Positions 63,815 to 64,000 of a DNA stretch of 64,000 bases are shown piece by piece. The notes under the pieces are model-generated. The model had not been told where the DNA came from and ran no database searches. It worked only from the letters and a program-made list of their open reading frames with translations. The position numbers were made by a program, and so were the translations under genes. Position 1 is the stretch's first letter; each line of letters opens with the position of its first letter. Source of the DNA: Chiloscyllium plagiosum (Eukaryota); contig NC_057719.1 in the NCBI RefSeq assembly GCF_004010195.1, positions 33,841,981 to 33,905,980 of the forward strand, read 5' to 3'.

Positions 63815-64000
63815 CACCTAAGCCTTTCACATTTAGTCTATTCCATTTAATATCAGGGAAGTTGAAATCCTCTACTAATATTCCTCTGTTATTTTTACAC
63901 TTCCCTGAGAGTAGCCAACACCTCTGTCTTTCTATCGCTCGCCTGACTGTCTGAAAATCTGTGGTACACCCCGAGCACAGTGATTGCCCACCCTCCTTTT
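63815..64000 (-). mobile_element. CR1 APE-endonuclease-region fragment, runs off the window end
   Basis: Minus strand GVYHR...ggatttcaacttcc, resembling the GVYYRPP and GDFN motifs. Confidence 0.6.

Overview
Eukaryotic, AT-rich, repeat-dense vertebrate DNA, almost certainly from a cartilaginous fish (shark). The evidence is seven HE1-type tRNA-derived SINEs with (AATCT)n tails, SacSINE1-like SINEs and abundant decayed CR1-clade LINEs. I cannot recognise any host protein-coding gene, rRNA, tRNA or CRISPR array, so the window reads as intronic or intergenic. Nearly all listed ORFs are transposon relics or chance ORFs. Main contents: many CR1, L2-like and Rex1 fragments, often nested; a hAT (Charlie/Buster, GTF2IRD2-like) DNA transposon with an exact 8-bp TSD at 18231-20692; two LTR-like structures; Harbinger Myb-like relics; an interstitial telomeric array with a TSD-like duplication; and about a dozen short Penelope-derived insertions. 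The most notable signal is in those Penelope-derived inserts. They fall into three sequence families, often have 10-16 bp TSDs and are often palindromic. They carry a minimal hammerhead-ribozyme-like core (CUGANGA-A-stem II-GAAA-2-nt palindrome-UH) whose stems differ between families but still pair. A low-confidence chain of frame-compatible minus-strand exons lies at 9729-11240. Boundaries of decayed repeats are approximate, read by eye.
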